In this document: positions 27,862 through 37,855 of the stretch, in pieces | Position numbering within the stretch: position 1 is the stretch's first letter | Layout: each line of letters begins with the position of its first letter | Origin: Candidatus Altimarinota bacterium | GTDB lineage: Bacteria > Patescibacteriota > Gracilibacteria > JBDHUY01 | NCBI GenBank assembly: GCA_039809385.1 | Contig: JBDHUY010000014.1 | Location: 1-53,973 of the forward strand | Length of the DNA: 53,973 nt | Direction of reading: 5' to 3' | Program-made: the position numbers and the translations under genes | Notes under the pieces: generated by a model | The model's database searches: none | What the model was told of the DNA's origin: nothing | What the model saw: the letters and a program-made list of their open reading frames with translations, nothing else

Positions 27862-27966
27862 TAACTATACCAGAATTTGGGTAAGAATAAAATAGCTTTC
27901 CTGCTAAAACCGCTTGAATTCTTACTATGTTGTTTTATTATACAAAAGTCACACTAAAAAACAAGT

Positions 27967-28443
27967 ATGATCTATTCGCTTCTCGACCGTTTCTTTCTCA
28001 GCCGTCGCAAAGAAGTTCCGTTTCTGATCTTTTTTTGGTTTTTGGCGACCTTTGCCATTTCGCGAATCTATGTCTATGCGGTACACGCCGACTGGATTCC
28101 GAATATGTATCTGGATGTTAAAGGGATACATGTCCATCACCTCAATTATGGCATTTTTCTGATGTCGGTGATCGGTTTCGTGGCGTTGGCGTTTCAGTCT
28201 TTTACTGCCAGACACGTGCACGGTATCGCCACACTTTTTGGGATAGCCCTGGGACTGGCGTATGACGAGTTTTCCCTTTGGCTTTTGCTCGAAGACAATT
28301 ACTGGGCCCGCCATAGCTACGATGCGGTATTGATCATATCGCTCCTGTTACTCAATATTATTTATTTTAAAGGTTTCTGGCTTTATCTGGTGCGTAAAAC
28401 GCGTCTTTATAAAATCAAACAACTGCCTTTGTTTCGCCGATGA
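27967..28443 (+). CDS. Conserved-looking 4-TM membrane protein with HVHHLNYG motif
   Basis: Hydrophobic helices; HxHH and DEF..W...YW motifs; ATGA-coupled to the PHP gene. Confidence 0.75.
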   Translation: MIYSLLDRFFLSRRKEVPFLIFFWFLATFAISRIYVYAVHADWIPNMYLDVKGIHVHHLNYGIFLMSVIGFVALAFQSFTARHVHGIATLFGIALGLAYDEFSLWLLLEDNYWARHSYDAVLIISLLLLNIIYFKGFWLYLVRKTRLYKIKQLPLFRR

Positions 28444-29351
28444 ATCTGATTTTTACCAAAAACAGGTTTCCGCTTCACCTGGGAAATGGTGAAATGGCTT
28501 TCGATTGTCACTACCATAGTTCACACTCGGACGGCTATTCGGGGATAGCAAAGATTCTGCGGCAGGCCAAAGAACGTAATTTGGGGATCGCCATTACGGA
28601 TCATAACGAGATTGCCGGTGTTCTGGAAGGTTACAACAATACTTTGGGGGTTTCGGTTATTCCGGGAATAGAAGTCAGCTGCAGTGGCCGGATTCACTTA
28701 CTGATCTATTTCTACGAGCTCGGCGATCTGAAAGATTTTTTTGAAAAGTATGTGGAGCCTTACCGGAGGGTAGACCACAATACGTTTTTAAAAAAGATGA
28801 CCGCTCTCAAAATCGCCAAAGTAGCCAAACAGTATAAGTGTCTGGTTTTTCTGGCTCATCCCTATAGCACTGGTCACCGTCAAATCGAAAGTTATATGAG
28901 TATCAAAGGAACCGAGAAATTTTTTATGTATCTCGACGGCGTGGAAGTGCTGAACGGAACCCTGCAGGAGAGAAACAATTTAAAAGCCTACCGGCTGGCC
29001 CAGGAGCTGAAAAAACCGGTGATCGGCGGCAGCGACGGTCATGTGCTGTCGGTTTTGGGAAAAACGGTGACGGTGGCAAAGGCGCACGATTACCGCAGTT
29101 TCCTGGATGAAGTACGTCAGAATCGGGTGCGTCTCCTGGGGAACACGGCAAATTTTTACCAGCAATCCAAAATGATGGGAGTTCTCTCCTATCGGCATCT
29201 AAGCGCTGCGACAAAAAAACACCATACCAATATGGCGGCTGCACTGGGCCTTATGGCTGTCTTTCAACGTTTTTCGGTGCCGCTTCTCTATTTTTTGGGG
29301 GCTACGGCGTATAAAAAGGTAAAGGAGCGACGAAAATCTGTTCGCAGATAG
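28440..29351 (+). CDS. PHP-domain metal-dependent phosphoesterase
   Basis: DCHYHSSHSDG, AITDHN, GIEVS, LAHPY and GGSDGH. Confidence 0.9.
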   Translation: MNLIFTKNRFPLHLGNGEMAFDCHYHSSHSDGYSGIAKILRQAKERNLGIAITDHNEIAGVLEGYNNTLGVSVIPGIEVSCSGRIHLLIYFYELGDLKDFFEKYVEPYRRVDHNTFLKKMTALKIAKVAKQYKCLVFLAHPYSTGHRQIESYMSIKGTEKFFMYLDGVEVLNGTLQERNNLKAYRLAQELKKPVIGGSDGHVLSVLGKTVTVAKAHDYRSFLDEVRQNRVRLLGNTANFYQQSKMMGVLSYRHLSAATKKHHTNMAAALGLMAVFQRFSVPLLYFLGATAYKKVKERRKSVRR

Positions 29352-29353
29352 AT

Positions 29354-30697
29354 TTAATGCCTGACCAGATATTGATAGATCGTACCGATTGTGCCGGCAC
29401 CCATGGTGATGACCACATCGTGGGGGCCCGTATTTTCCATCAACCAGAGGGCCGTATTTTCCAGTCCGTTGCCGAGGATCACGTTTTGGTGGTGTTTTTT
29501 GATTGTTTCGACCAGGGTCGCAGCGGATACTTTTTCCTTATCTTTTTGATTATCCCGCACTTCGTAAATATCGGGAATTATCACACTATCGGCGTTAGGA
29601 AATGCCGTACCGAATTCGTCCAAAAAATGGGCGGTACGTGAAAACTGGTGAGGTTGGAAAACACAGATAATGCGTTCTTGGGAAAACATTTCGCGCACCC
29701 CCGCCAAGGTAGCTTTTATTTCCGTCGGGTGATGTCCGTAGTCGTCAAAGCAGAGTGCGCCAGTGGGCAATTTGCCTTTATTTTCAAAACGTCTCCACGT
29801 GCCGTTAAAAGCTGCGAGGCTTTCCATGATATGCTCGTGGTGTATGTTCAAGATCTTTCCGGTCATATAGCTGAGGGCTGCATTACAGCGGTTATGCGCG
29901 CCCGGGATTCGCAGGACGGGATATTCGAAGCGTTCACGGTCAACGTTAAAGTGGTCGGATTGAAAACTGACCGGTACCGAAAACCCCTTGTTGTTCTTCA
30001 GGATGGAGGTAGTATTTTTGTCGTGAGCGTTATAGATCAGATAGCCGGTATGGGGAATTTTTTTCAGCAGCGCCGCAAAAGCTTTGTTATAATCTTGTTG
30101 ATCTTTGAAATAATCGAGATGATCCAGGTCGACATTAGGCAAGACCACGATATGGGGATAGTAGTCGAGAAACGAACGTTTGTACTCGCAAGCTTCGATC
30201 AGCAAAAAATTACTCTTTCCGAAACGAAAATTACTGTTCCCGAATTCTCGTATTTTTGTTCCGACGATGACTGTCGGGTCGAGCCCCCCTCGTACCATCG
30301 TGAGCGCGATCATGGCGGTTGTGGTCGATTTTCCGTGCGTGCCTGCCACGGCGATTGTGAACTTTTCGCGAGTTACCAGTCCCAGCGCTTGGTTGTACGT
30401 GAGCAACGGTATCTGTTTGTTTTTGGCTTCGATCAGCTCTGGATTCTTTGTACCGATGGCGTGGGTATAGACGATCAGGTCAGCTGATCGGGGTATATTT
30501 CCCCCTTTTTGTCCTACCTGTATCTGGATGCCTTCTTGGGCTAAATCCTGCAATAATTCGCTATCCACGGCGTCGGAGCCGGAGACTTCTTTTCCCACTG
30601 CCCGGTAGTAGCGGGCCAGGGCGGACATACCGATCCCGCCGATCCCGATAAAGTGGATACGGCGTATTGTTTCGAGTTGTGGAGAAGGGGAGGACAT
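29354..30697 (-). CDS. murC: UDP-N-acetylmuramate--L-alanine ligase
   Basis: HFIGIGGIGMS, GTHGKSTT, DDYGHHPTE, FQPH and MGAG; start at MSSPSP. Confidence 0.96.
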   Translation of the reverse strand: MSSPSPQLETIRRIHFIGIGGIGMSALARYYRAVGKEVSGSDAVDSELLQDLAQEGIQIQVGQKGGNIPRSADLIVYTHAIGTKNPELIEAKNKQIPLLTYNQALGLVTREKFTIAVAGTHGKSTTTAMIALTMVRGGLDPTVIVGTKIREFGNSNFRFGKSNFLLIEACEYKRSFLDYYPHIVVLPNVDLDHLDYFKDQQDYNKAFAALLKKIPHTGYLIYNAHDKNTTSILKNNKGFSVPVSFQSDHFNVDRERFEYPVLRIPGAHNRCNAALSYMTGKILNIHHEHIMESLAAFNGTWRRFENKGKLPTGALCFDDYGHHPTEIKATLAGVREMFSQERIICVFQPHQFSRTAHFLDEFGTAFPNADSVIIPDIYEVRDNQKDKEKVSAATLVETIKKHHQNVILGNGLENTALWLMENTGPHDVVITMGAGTIGTIYQYLVRH

Positions 30698-30834
30698 GGG
30701 GCAGCGTGGTAATTGGTTTGTGGGGGCAGGTCTGCGTGTATGCCTGGGAGAAGGGCGGTCAGTAGACAGTGAAAAGTGCAAAGTGTAAAGTTGCGGACAA
30801 GGCGGTCAGGTTGTAGACCAACTGCCCTGGGGCA

Positions 30835-30859
30835 GATTCTTCGCTTCGCTCAGAATGAC
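30835..30859. repeat. Dispersed repeat GATTCTTCGCTTCGCTCAGAATGAC
   Basis: Related copies at 21888-21906, 35504-35528 and 1441-1457; partial GAATGAC tails at 30870-30897. Confidence 0.8.
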
Positions 30860-30920
30860 GGGCAGGATTCAGAATGATGAGAGGGCCTCGGAATGACGGC
30901 AGGGACGCGGCCAGGAAGAG

Positions 30921-31487
30921 TTACAAGTTTTTCAGCGCATAGCGAATAATCTCTTCTTCTTGGGTAATCGTAGTTTCCATGCTTTTGAGCACGTGGAGAA
31001 TACGGGGCCGGTCATAGCCCAGATGGATGAGCGCTTCGATCACGTCATTATGAACTGCGACGTTGGTTGTTTCTTCGAAAACGATATCGCTCTCTTTGAT
31101 CTTGTTTTTTAATTCGAGAATCAGCCGCGAGGCCAGCTTTTCGCCCAAGCCCTTTACCGAGGTAAGAACCGCGGTATCTTTTTCGATAATAGCTTGCTTG
31201 ACGCGGTTTGTAGGCATGGATAAAATTTCCAGTCCCATTTTGGGGCCGACGCCCGATACGGTGAGCAGGAGTTTGAAAAACTGGAGTTTTTCGGACGTTT
31301 CAAATCCGTAGAGGCTCATATCGTCTTCCCGGACGTGCAGATGGGTATAGAGCCGTACCGTTTCGGTCATGGCTAAATTTGCGGCCGTTTCGGTCGGAAC
31401 CGTTACTACGTAGCCGACGCCCTGTACGTCGATGAGGAGTTGTCTGCCGTCGTTGTTGAGCACCTGTCCTGTAATACTACCGATCAT
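30921..31487 (-). CDS. ruvA: Holliday junction branch migration protein RuvA
   Basis: DVQGVGY, HVRED..LYGF, VSGVGPK and ALIHLGY. Confidence 0.96.
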   Translation of the reverse strand: MIGSITGQVLNNDGRQLLIDVQGVGYVVTVPTETAANLAMTETVRLYTHLHVREDDMSLYGFETSEKLQFFKLLLTVSGVGPKMGLEILSMPTNRVKQAIIEKDTAVLTSVKGLGEKLASRLILELKNKIKESDIVFEETTNVAVHNDVIEALIHLGYDRPRILHVLKSMETTITQEEEIIRYALKNL

Positions 31488-31566
31488 AAAAACGTATTAG
31501 CTGAAAAACGGTCTTATTATAAGAAACCTGTAGCTGAAATACAAACAGAAACCAGTGACCGTAGTA

Positions 31567-32337
31567 CTATCGCTTCTTCCAGGACCGTACGGGCGATAGT
31601 ATTCTTTGCTGAAATTGCTCTTTTATCCAAGAACGCAGTCTCTCTATAGTCCAGGGGCTCTGTTTCCTCTCCACTGGCACAACGGGTATGGGTATATCAG
31701 AACGAGAATTTTTATCTTCTTTCCTATCTGCTATCCACTTGCCCAGTGTTTCTTCAGGGTCGATTTCCAGAAAATTATGAGTGGTCAGGACTTTTATGAT
31801 GGGAAGGATAACTTCTCTATCCAGGGTATCTTCGTTGGGTATATCGGTTACACGCATCTCTTTCAAAACATCATATATAACTTCTCTGACATCATCGTAT
31901 AATATTTCTTGTATTACGCTTTCATCCTCTGCGCTTGGGAGAGTCGAATCTGACTGTATGAAAGATTCCACCCACAAGCATATTGTTTCTTCATAATCCA
32001 ACTCCACATAATAAAATTCCGGATCATCCAACAGCGTGATGATTGGAGTCACGATTTTCTGTAAAAAATCTGATTCCTGGGGTATGTGAAGCTTTTTGCC
32101 TTGGGTGGAAATCTCCTCCATGATCTCAAAAGCTACTTCTCTCAGGTAGGTCTCCAGGTATCTGTCTCTGTCTTGTTCTAACTTTTGTTCTATCTTTTGT
32201 CTCTGTGTTTTTCCTAAGGAACTATTTTTTAGCAAAGTCTGCAACTTGTTGTATTCGTTCAAAAAAACCTTGTCGAAAGGTATTAACGGACGTATTGAGG
32301 TATCTATTCTCTCTGGACTGAAATCGACTGTTTGCAC
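31567..32337 (-). CDS. Hypothetical acidic protein (AT-richer orphan)
   Basis: 256-aa ORF with an internal duplication (..IITLL..ELDYEET..W / ..IIKVL..EIDPEET..W). Confidence 0.7.
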   Translation of the reverse strand: MQTVDFSPERIDTSIRPLIPFDKVFLNEYNKLQTLLKNSSLGKTQRQKIEQKLEQDRDRYLETYLREVAFEIMEEISTQGKKLHIPQESDFLQKIVTPIITLLDDPEFYYVELDYEETICLWVESFIQSDSTLPSAEDESVIQEILYDDVREVIYDVLKEMRVTDIPNEDTLDREVILPIIKVLTTHNFLEIDPEETLGKWIADRKEDKNSRSDIPIPVVPVERKQSPWTIERLRSWIKEQFQQRILSPVRSWKKR

Positions 32338-32462
32338 ACAATTTTACTTATGGAGTAAGGCGGCTACTATATATCCCGATATGGAAAAATCAATATTTTT
32401 TGTTGAAATTTCATTTTTCGCTATAATGCTTTTGTTTCTTTTTTTGTATTTTCCCTTTCTTC

Positions 32463-33011
32463 ATGGAACTTCTTATTGGTTTGCTCGTCGTTCTCGCGGT
32501 CTATGTTATCTATGTGTACAATCGCATTATTACGTTAAAAAATCGAGTTTCCGAGTCGTTCAGCGATATCGACGTCCAACTCAAGCGTCGCTACGACCTC
32601 ATTCCCAATCTGGTCGATACGGTCAAAGGCTATGCCAAACACGAGCAGGGGGTTTTTGAACGCGTAACCGAACTGCGCGCTCAGGCGATGCGCAATACCG
32701 GGAACCTACACGACAAAGCCAAAGCCGAAGGTGACATATCCGATAGTCTCAAAAGCCTGTTCGCCGTAGCCGAAAACTATCCGGAACTCAAAGCCAACCA
32801 GAATTTTTTGGAACTGCAAAAAGAGATCAGCGATACCGAAAACAAGATCCAAGCTTCGCGACGATTTTATAATACAAACGTATTGGCTTTCAACAGTACG
32901 TTACAAATCTTCCCGAATAATCTGCTTGTAGGTATTTTCCAGTTTAAATCAGCCGAGTTTTTCGAATTGGAAGACGTAGCGGAACGGGAAAACAAGTCCA
33001 TAAAGTTTTAA
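32463..33011 (+). CDS. lemA: LemA family protein
   Basis: N-terminal TM; IDVQLKRRYDLIPNLV; AVAENYPELKA. Confidence 0.96.
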   Translation: MELLIGLLVVLAVYVIYVYNRIITLKNRVSESFSDIDVQLKRRYDLIPNLVDTVKGYAKHEQGVFERVTELRAQAMRNTGNLHDKAKAEGDISDSLKSLFAVAENYPELKANQNFLELQKEISDTENKIQASRRFYNTNVLAFNSTLQIFPNNLLVGIFQFKSAEFFELEDVAERENKSIKF

Positions 33012-33351
33012 AGTCCTTAAAGTCTATAAAGTTTGTAAAGTGGGAGACAAGGCGGTCACTAGGTAGTTCGACCAGAACGTTGACAAAAGAAATTCATGGA
33101 AACCGGTGGAAATTCATAGAGATTTATTGTGAAGAAGCTTGTTTTCCAAATATAATCAGCAAGTCACTTTCAGATGCCATTCCACTTTATTATTGTTATT
33201 TTTCCAGATTCATGCTTCCTGACTCTCTTATACTCTAGCCTAACTTCCAACTTGTCTTCTTCTGTTAGCTGTTGACTGCAGACTGTAAGCCCTCAGCCCC
33301 ATTCCCTATACCAAATACATACTACTTCATACTTTATACCTTGTCCCCACC

Positions 33352-34257
33352 ATGCCTTCCACCTTTTACGACCAGATCGGCAAAAACAAGTTCAAAACCT
33401 TCCTGCTGTTTTTGATATTTCCGGCCCTGATCCTCGCCATTATTTACGTGGTCGTGGCCTATTCGGGTGACGGCGGTGCCTATATCCCGCTCAGTCTGTT
33501 TTCTTTGATCTTCTCACTGATTTACGGCGCGGTCGCCTATTTTCAGGGTGACAAAATCATCTTGTTTATGAACGGCGCCAAGGAAATTACTCGCGAGAGT
33601 AACAAGCGTGTCTATAATATCGTCGAAAATCTGTGCATTACCGCTGGCCTGCCGTTGCCGAAAATCTATGAAATTCCGGATACTTCCTTGAATGCGTTTG
33701 CGACGGGCCGCAACCCCAAGCATGCCACGATCGCTTTTTCTACCGGTATTTTGGAGAAACTGGACGATCGTGAACTGGCCGGCGTGGCGGCACACGAGCT
33801 GTCGCACGTGAGAAATTACGATACGCTGGTGATGATTATTGCCCTGGTCATGGTCAACGTGGTCCAGATCCTGGCCGAACTCATGCTCAGGATCGTGGCC
33901 GGCGGCGGGCGTAATCGTGACAGTAAAAATAACGCCGGCGCGTTTATCCTTATTGCGCTGGTTGTATATGCGGTGGGAATTGTAATCGCCATTCTGGTTC
34001 AAAAATCGATCTCGCGTAAGCGCGAATTTATGGCTGATAGCAATGGAGCTCTTTTAACCCGCGATCCCGAAGCTCTGGCCAGCGCGCTACGCAAGGTTTC
34101 TCAGGATGCCCGTATCGAGGCGATCGACGGAAAACGCGCCTTTGCCTCTCTTTATCTGGCGAACCCGCTCCAGCCGGGCTGGTTTCAAAAGCTGTTGTCG
34201 ACGCATCCTCCGGTTGAAGAACGGATTAAAATTCTTGAGAACTTTGGAAACTTGTAG
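33352..34257 (+). CDS. htpX: Zinc metalloprotease HtpX (M48)
   Basis: NAFATGR, HELSH, REFMAD and STHPP..ERI. Confidence 0.94.
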   Translation: MPSTFYDQIGKNKFKTFLLFLIFPALILAIIYVVVAYSGDGGAYIPLSLFSLIFSLIYGAVAYFQGDKIILFMNGAKEITRESNKRVYNIVENLCITAGLPLPKIYEIPDTSLNAFATGRNPKHATIAFSTGILEKLDDRELAGVAAHELSHVRNYDTLVMIIALVMVNVVQILAELMLRIVAGGGRNRDSKNNAGAFILIALVVYAVGIVIAILVQKSISRKREFMADSNGALLTRDPEALASALRKVSQDARIEAIDGKRAFASLYLANPLQPGWFQKLLSTHPPVEERIKILENFGNL

Positions 34258-34332
34258 TAAGGGTAATTTAGGTTGAAATTGATAAAATAGGAGAATAGTA
34301 GAAACTTTATGCTTTATTCCCGAGGGTAATTT

Positions 34333-34962
34333 ATGAACACTGTATCAGAAAAATCCACTCCATTATTTGTTGAAGTACGAGAGACTGAACCGTCTCCTAT
34401 CGATCCTGAAGTGTTGGAATCTTTTTCTGAAAAAGCAGTTGATAATTGGCCAAATGAAATTGAAGGATGGATCTTGAAAATCATTGAAACTGATCAGGAT
34501 GTATTAGTAATTACGCCTGCGAAAGGATTACCGGATCGTGTAGAATCCTACCTGGTACAGGATCCCGATGCCTGTTTCAGCCTATTTTCAAAAGCAACTC
34601 AAGGTCAAAAAGCAAAAATACTGGCTCATATTCATAGCCATCCCGATGGTAATCCTGTTCCTTCCGGGCATGATCGCGCATCACGTTTGCGGTACGAAAA
34701 ACTCTTTAACCAAGTCTATCCGGATTCGACAGACAGCATTCTTGCCAAGCCTAGTTTAATGGAAGTTATTTGTAGCCGAAATAGGACAACCGGTCTCACC
34801 GGGCCAACGTCAGTTGAGGGAGGTTTTACTTTTTTTGATGAAACCCGTGAATTTAGATCTAAAGATCAATATTCAGACAATCCCATCAATCTCATTGTGT
34901 TAACTCTGCGGTATTATATAAAACACATTTTTTCTAGTCTGGGACTCTCATCAAACAGATAG
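34333..34962 (+). CDS. JAB/MPN (JAMM-motif) metallopeptidase-domain protein
   Basis: PNEIEG...HIHSHPDGNPVPSGHD fits E-x(n)-HxH-x7-S-x2-D. Confidence 0.75.
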   Translation: MNTVSEKSTPLFVEVRETEPSPIDPEVLESFSEKAVDNWPNEIEGWILKIIETDQDVLVITPAKGLPDRVESYLVQDPDACFSLFSKATQGQKAKILAHIHSHPDGNPVPSGHDRASRLRYEKLFNQVYPDSTDSILAKPSLMEVICSRNRTTGLTGPTSVEGGFTFFDETREFRSKDQYSDNPINLIVLTLRYYIKHIFSSLGLSSNR

Positions 34963-34983
34963 GCTTCCTTATTACTATATGGT

Positions 34984-35409
34984 ATGACCTCTTTTTTTGA
35001 ACAACGTAAACAATTGCGACGTAATCCAAGAACATTGTGGGGAAGCATGCTCTTTTCCAAATTTGTCTATGGGACGGTTATTTTTATCATCTCCTATGTG
35101 GTTGATACGGATATGCTGATCGATCTTGGACCCGACATAGTCCGGTACGCCGACCCGGTCTTGATTTTTTTGCTTATATTGGGAGCTGCCTTAAGTGTAG
35201 CGAGCCTTTCTCTTTTTCGCAAAAGCATCGTTCCCGATACGACTGTCACGCAGCAGGCATCTTTTTACTTTATTCTGGCTTTGGCGTTGAACGAGATGAT
35301 TGCGGTGTCCGGACTTGTCTATTTTCTTGTTTTTGGAAATATCGTAAAAAGTTGCATTCTGATCGTTTTCTCGATTCTCGCCCAGTTCCCGTTGTTTCCC
35401 AGGCGCTGA
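34984..35409 (+). CDS. Hypothetical 4-TM membrane protein
   Basis: 141 aa with four hydrophobic segments. Confidence 0.7.
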   Translation: MTSFFEQRKQLRRNPRTLWGSMLFSKFVYGTVIFIISYVVDTDMLIDLGPDIVRYADPVLIFLLILGAALSVASLSLFRKSIVPDTTVTQQASFYFILALALNEMIAVSGLVYFLVFGNIVKSCILIVFSILAQFPLFPRR

Positions 35410-35608
35410 GATAGAAGAAGGGAGTGGGGAGAACGGACAGGGCTCGGGGCTGACAGCTTACAGAGACAGCAAGTGAGACTTTGGAAGCTACGAGCCAAGA
35501 AGAGACTCTTCACTTCGTTCAGAGTGACGGAGAGAACTAATAGCTCATTACTAATCACTGACCACTACCCGTTAACAGGCAGACACATAGGTCTGTCGCT
35601 ACTCATCT

Positions 35609-36481
35609 ATGACCATCGACACCTTTCCCGGTATTCAAGAACATGTTCCGTTAGCTCCGTATACCCAGCTCAAAATCGGCGGTCCGGCGCGTTATTTCTA
35701 TATGGCGAAGGAAACGGAGCAATTTATCGAATTGCTGCGAAAATCACGTCAGCAGCAAGTTCCGGTACTACTCATCGGCGGTGCCAGCAATATGCTTATA
35801 AGCGATCGCGGATTTGACGGTCTGGCGATCGTCGTGGCTACGGCTTCTTTTGATATTCAGGGTCAACGGGTGCGTGCCGATGCGGGCGTGAAACTCACGA
35901 CGTTGATTGCCAAAACGATCGATCAAAATTTGGTAGGTCTGGAGTATCTCATCGGGATTCCCGGTACGCTGGGTGGAGCTATACGCGGAAACGCGGGAGT
36001 ACCCGGGTGGGAGATCAAGGACTATCTGGCGGAGGCGACGATTCTGACATCGGCCGGGGAGATACAGACGGTCGATAATGCGTATTTCGACTTTGCTTAC
36101 CGGACGAGTCGCATAAAGCGTGAAGGAGGCACAGTATTGTCGGCACTTTTACAGCTTCAGCCGGGCAGTAAGGAGGAAGCCAGGCAACGGATGAAAGAGA
36201 TCCACGAATCGCGTCTGAAAAAGCAGCCGCTGGGAAAAAGCTGCGGCTCTTTCTTTAAAAACCCTGCTCCCGACAAAGCGGCGGGATGGTTAATTGATCA
36301 ATGCGGTCTCAAAGGCTATCAGATCGGTGGGGCACAAGTCTCGCCGCTGCACGGCAATTTTTTGATGAATACCGGTACGGCTACGTTTCAGGATTTTCTA
36401 GAGCTGACCAAATTTATCAAGCAGACTGTGTATGATAAATTTCAGATTCAACTTGAGGAGGAGGTTCAGATTGTTGCGTAG
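35609..36481 (+). CDS. murB: UDP-N-acetylenolpyruvoylglucosamine reductase
   Basis: GGASNML, GIPGTLGGAIRGNAG, SCGSFFKNP, HGNF and LEEEV. Confidence 0.96.
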   Translation: MTIDTFPGIQEHVPLAPYTQLKIGGPARYFYMAKETEQFIELLRKSRQQQVPVLLIGGASNMLISDRGFDGLAIVVATASFDIQGQRVRADAGVKLTTLIAKTIDQNLVGLEYLIGIPGTLGGAIRGNAGVPGWEIKDYLAEATILTSAGEIQTVDNAYFDFAYRTSRIKREGGTVLSALLQLQPGSKEEARQRMKEIHESRLKKQPLGKSCGSFFKNPAPDKAAGWLIDQCGLKGYQIGGAQVSPLHGNFLMNTGTATFQDFLELTKFIKQTVYDKFQIQLEEEVQIVA

Positions 36482-36779
36482 TCGTCTGATGTTCGGTTTG
36501 CGTGATTGTCAGCTCTTGTATGGTCTCGGACAGAGCTGTCCGTACTTCCTGTAACAGGCTTTGTATCTTTTTCTTTCCGCCATGATACTCTATCCAGAGG
36601 ATATGGCTTTCTATTTGATGTCTAGATCGCATCCCCATTCGTTCCATTAGCTGAAATGCTTTGACCGGATCGTTTTTTTCCAGTTTGTAAAGAAGGCTCA
36701 CGAGCTCATTTATCTTTTTGTTTCGACTAACATACGGCTCGCAAGTATTGTAAACAGTATGATCGTGTTGTTTGTTCAA
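36417..36779 (-). CDS. Possible hypothetical protein
   Basis: 120-aa TTG-start ORF filling an otherwise empty gap; overlaps the murB 3' end by 65 nt. Confidence 0.4.
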   Translation of the reverse strand: MNKQHDHTVYNTCEPYVSRNKKINELVSLLYKLEKNDPVKAFQLMERMGMRSRHQIESHILWIEYHGGKKKIQSLLQEVRTALSETIQELTITQTEHQTTTQQSEPPPQVESEIYHTQSA

Positions 36780-36972
36780 GAGGGTAGATTTGACTATATA
36801 TTTTGCTTATTCTGGTAAATTCGTTTTCAAAGTCAAGAGTTCCTTATTTCGTGCATGATAGATTTCGCTTTTTACAAATGTCTAGCGGCTTTTACATAAG
36901 CCAAAACTAAACTTGTCTTTCCTTTGTATGTAGCTACAATAGGTGCAGAATATTTTATCATTTATTTACTCT

Positions 36973-37686
36973 ATGCCCATGAATCAAGAACATATGCACG
37001 AACATAGTGCCGATGCTTCTCATGGATCCCATCACGAGCACGCATCCCATTCTGCCGCTTCGAACAAATTTTCTTTTAACCTAAGCGGCATCGACTGGAA
37101 AAAAGAAGTAATGGATGCGATCGAGATTCTGAAACTTAATAAGACCAAAATGCACGAAGTTGCTGGCCGCGAAAAGGCAACGACCGTCGGAATCGTGTTT
37201 ATTGTCATTCCTCAAATCGTAAGTGTTATTCTGTCGGCTATTCTGCTGAGTCGTTATTTTTCGTCCTGGCAGTTCTATCTGATCCCCGGTCTTACCAGCA
37301 TTATTAGTCCCTTTCTGCTGATCTATGCTTTTCATCTGGCCGCAACGCAGGTTTTCAAGGCCAAAGGCGAGTTGTTTCCTTTCTTTCGGGTGATGTCGTA
37401 TATTTCCGTGATTACGGTTTTGACCCCGGTTGTGACTCTTTTGACGTTCGTGAGCTGGGGGCTCGCCGGTCTGGCAGGATTGGTTAGTCTGGTGGCCGGG
37501 ATCTGGATGCTGATCGTGGCCTATCATTTGCTGCAGGATATGTATAAACTGACCAATCAGAATACGGTTCTCAGTATGATCATCGGTATCGTGGCGGTGG
37601 CGATCGTTACGGGAATCGTAAATGCTATTTTTTTGCCAAAACTGGAAGATCTGGCTAAGGATATTAATGTGAATATTAGGTACTAG
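36973..37686 (+). CDS. Yip1-like multi-TM membrane protein with His-rich N-terminus
   Basis: About 5 TM segments; HMHEHSADASHGSHHEHASH tail. Confidence 0.65.
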   Translation: MPMNQEHMHEHSADASHGSHHEHASHSAASNKFSFNLSGIDWKKEVMDAIEILKLNKTKMHEVAGREKATTVGIVFIVIPQIVSVILSAILLSRYFSSWQFYLIPGLTSIISPFLLIYAFHLAATQVFKAKGELFPFFRVMSYISVITVLTPVVTLLTFVSWGLAGLAGLVSLVAGIWMLIVAYHLLQDMYKLTNQNTVLSMIIGIVAVAIVTGIVNAIFLPKLEDLAKDINVNIRY

Positions 37687-37695
37687 GGGAGGCAA

Positions 37696-37790
37696 GTAGT
37701 ATGTAGTATAAAGTAGTAGGTATAATGTATGGGGACATCCAGGAACGCTTGCCCCATACATTATACTTTATACGTACTACATAATACGTT
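37696..37790. repeat. Inverted heptamer arrays forming a long hairpin
   Basis: Perfect 15-bp core GTATAATGTATGGGG (37720-37734)/CCCCATACATTATAC (37752-37766) with outer period-7 TAC/GTA units. Confidence 0.85.
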
Positions 37791-37855
37791 CTGTTCTCCT
37801 TGGCTCTCTTTGATCTAAGATAAGTAAGCATTTCCATTCTCTTTCCTGTATCCCC

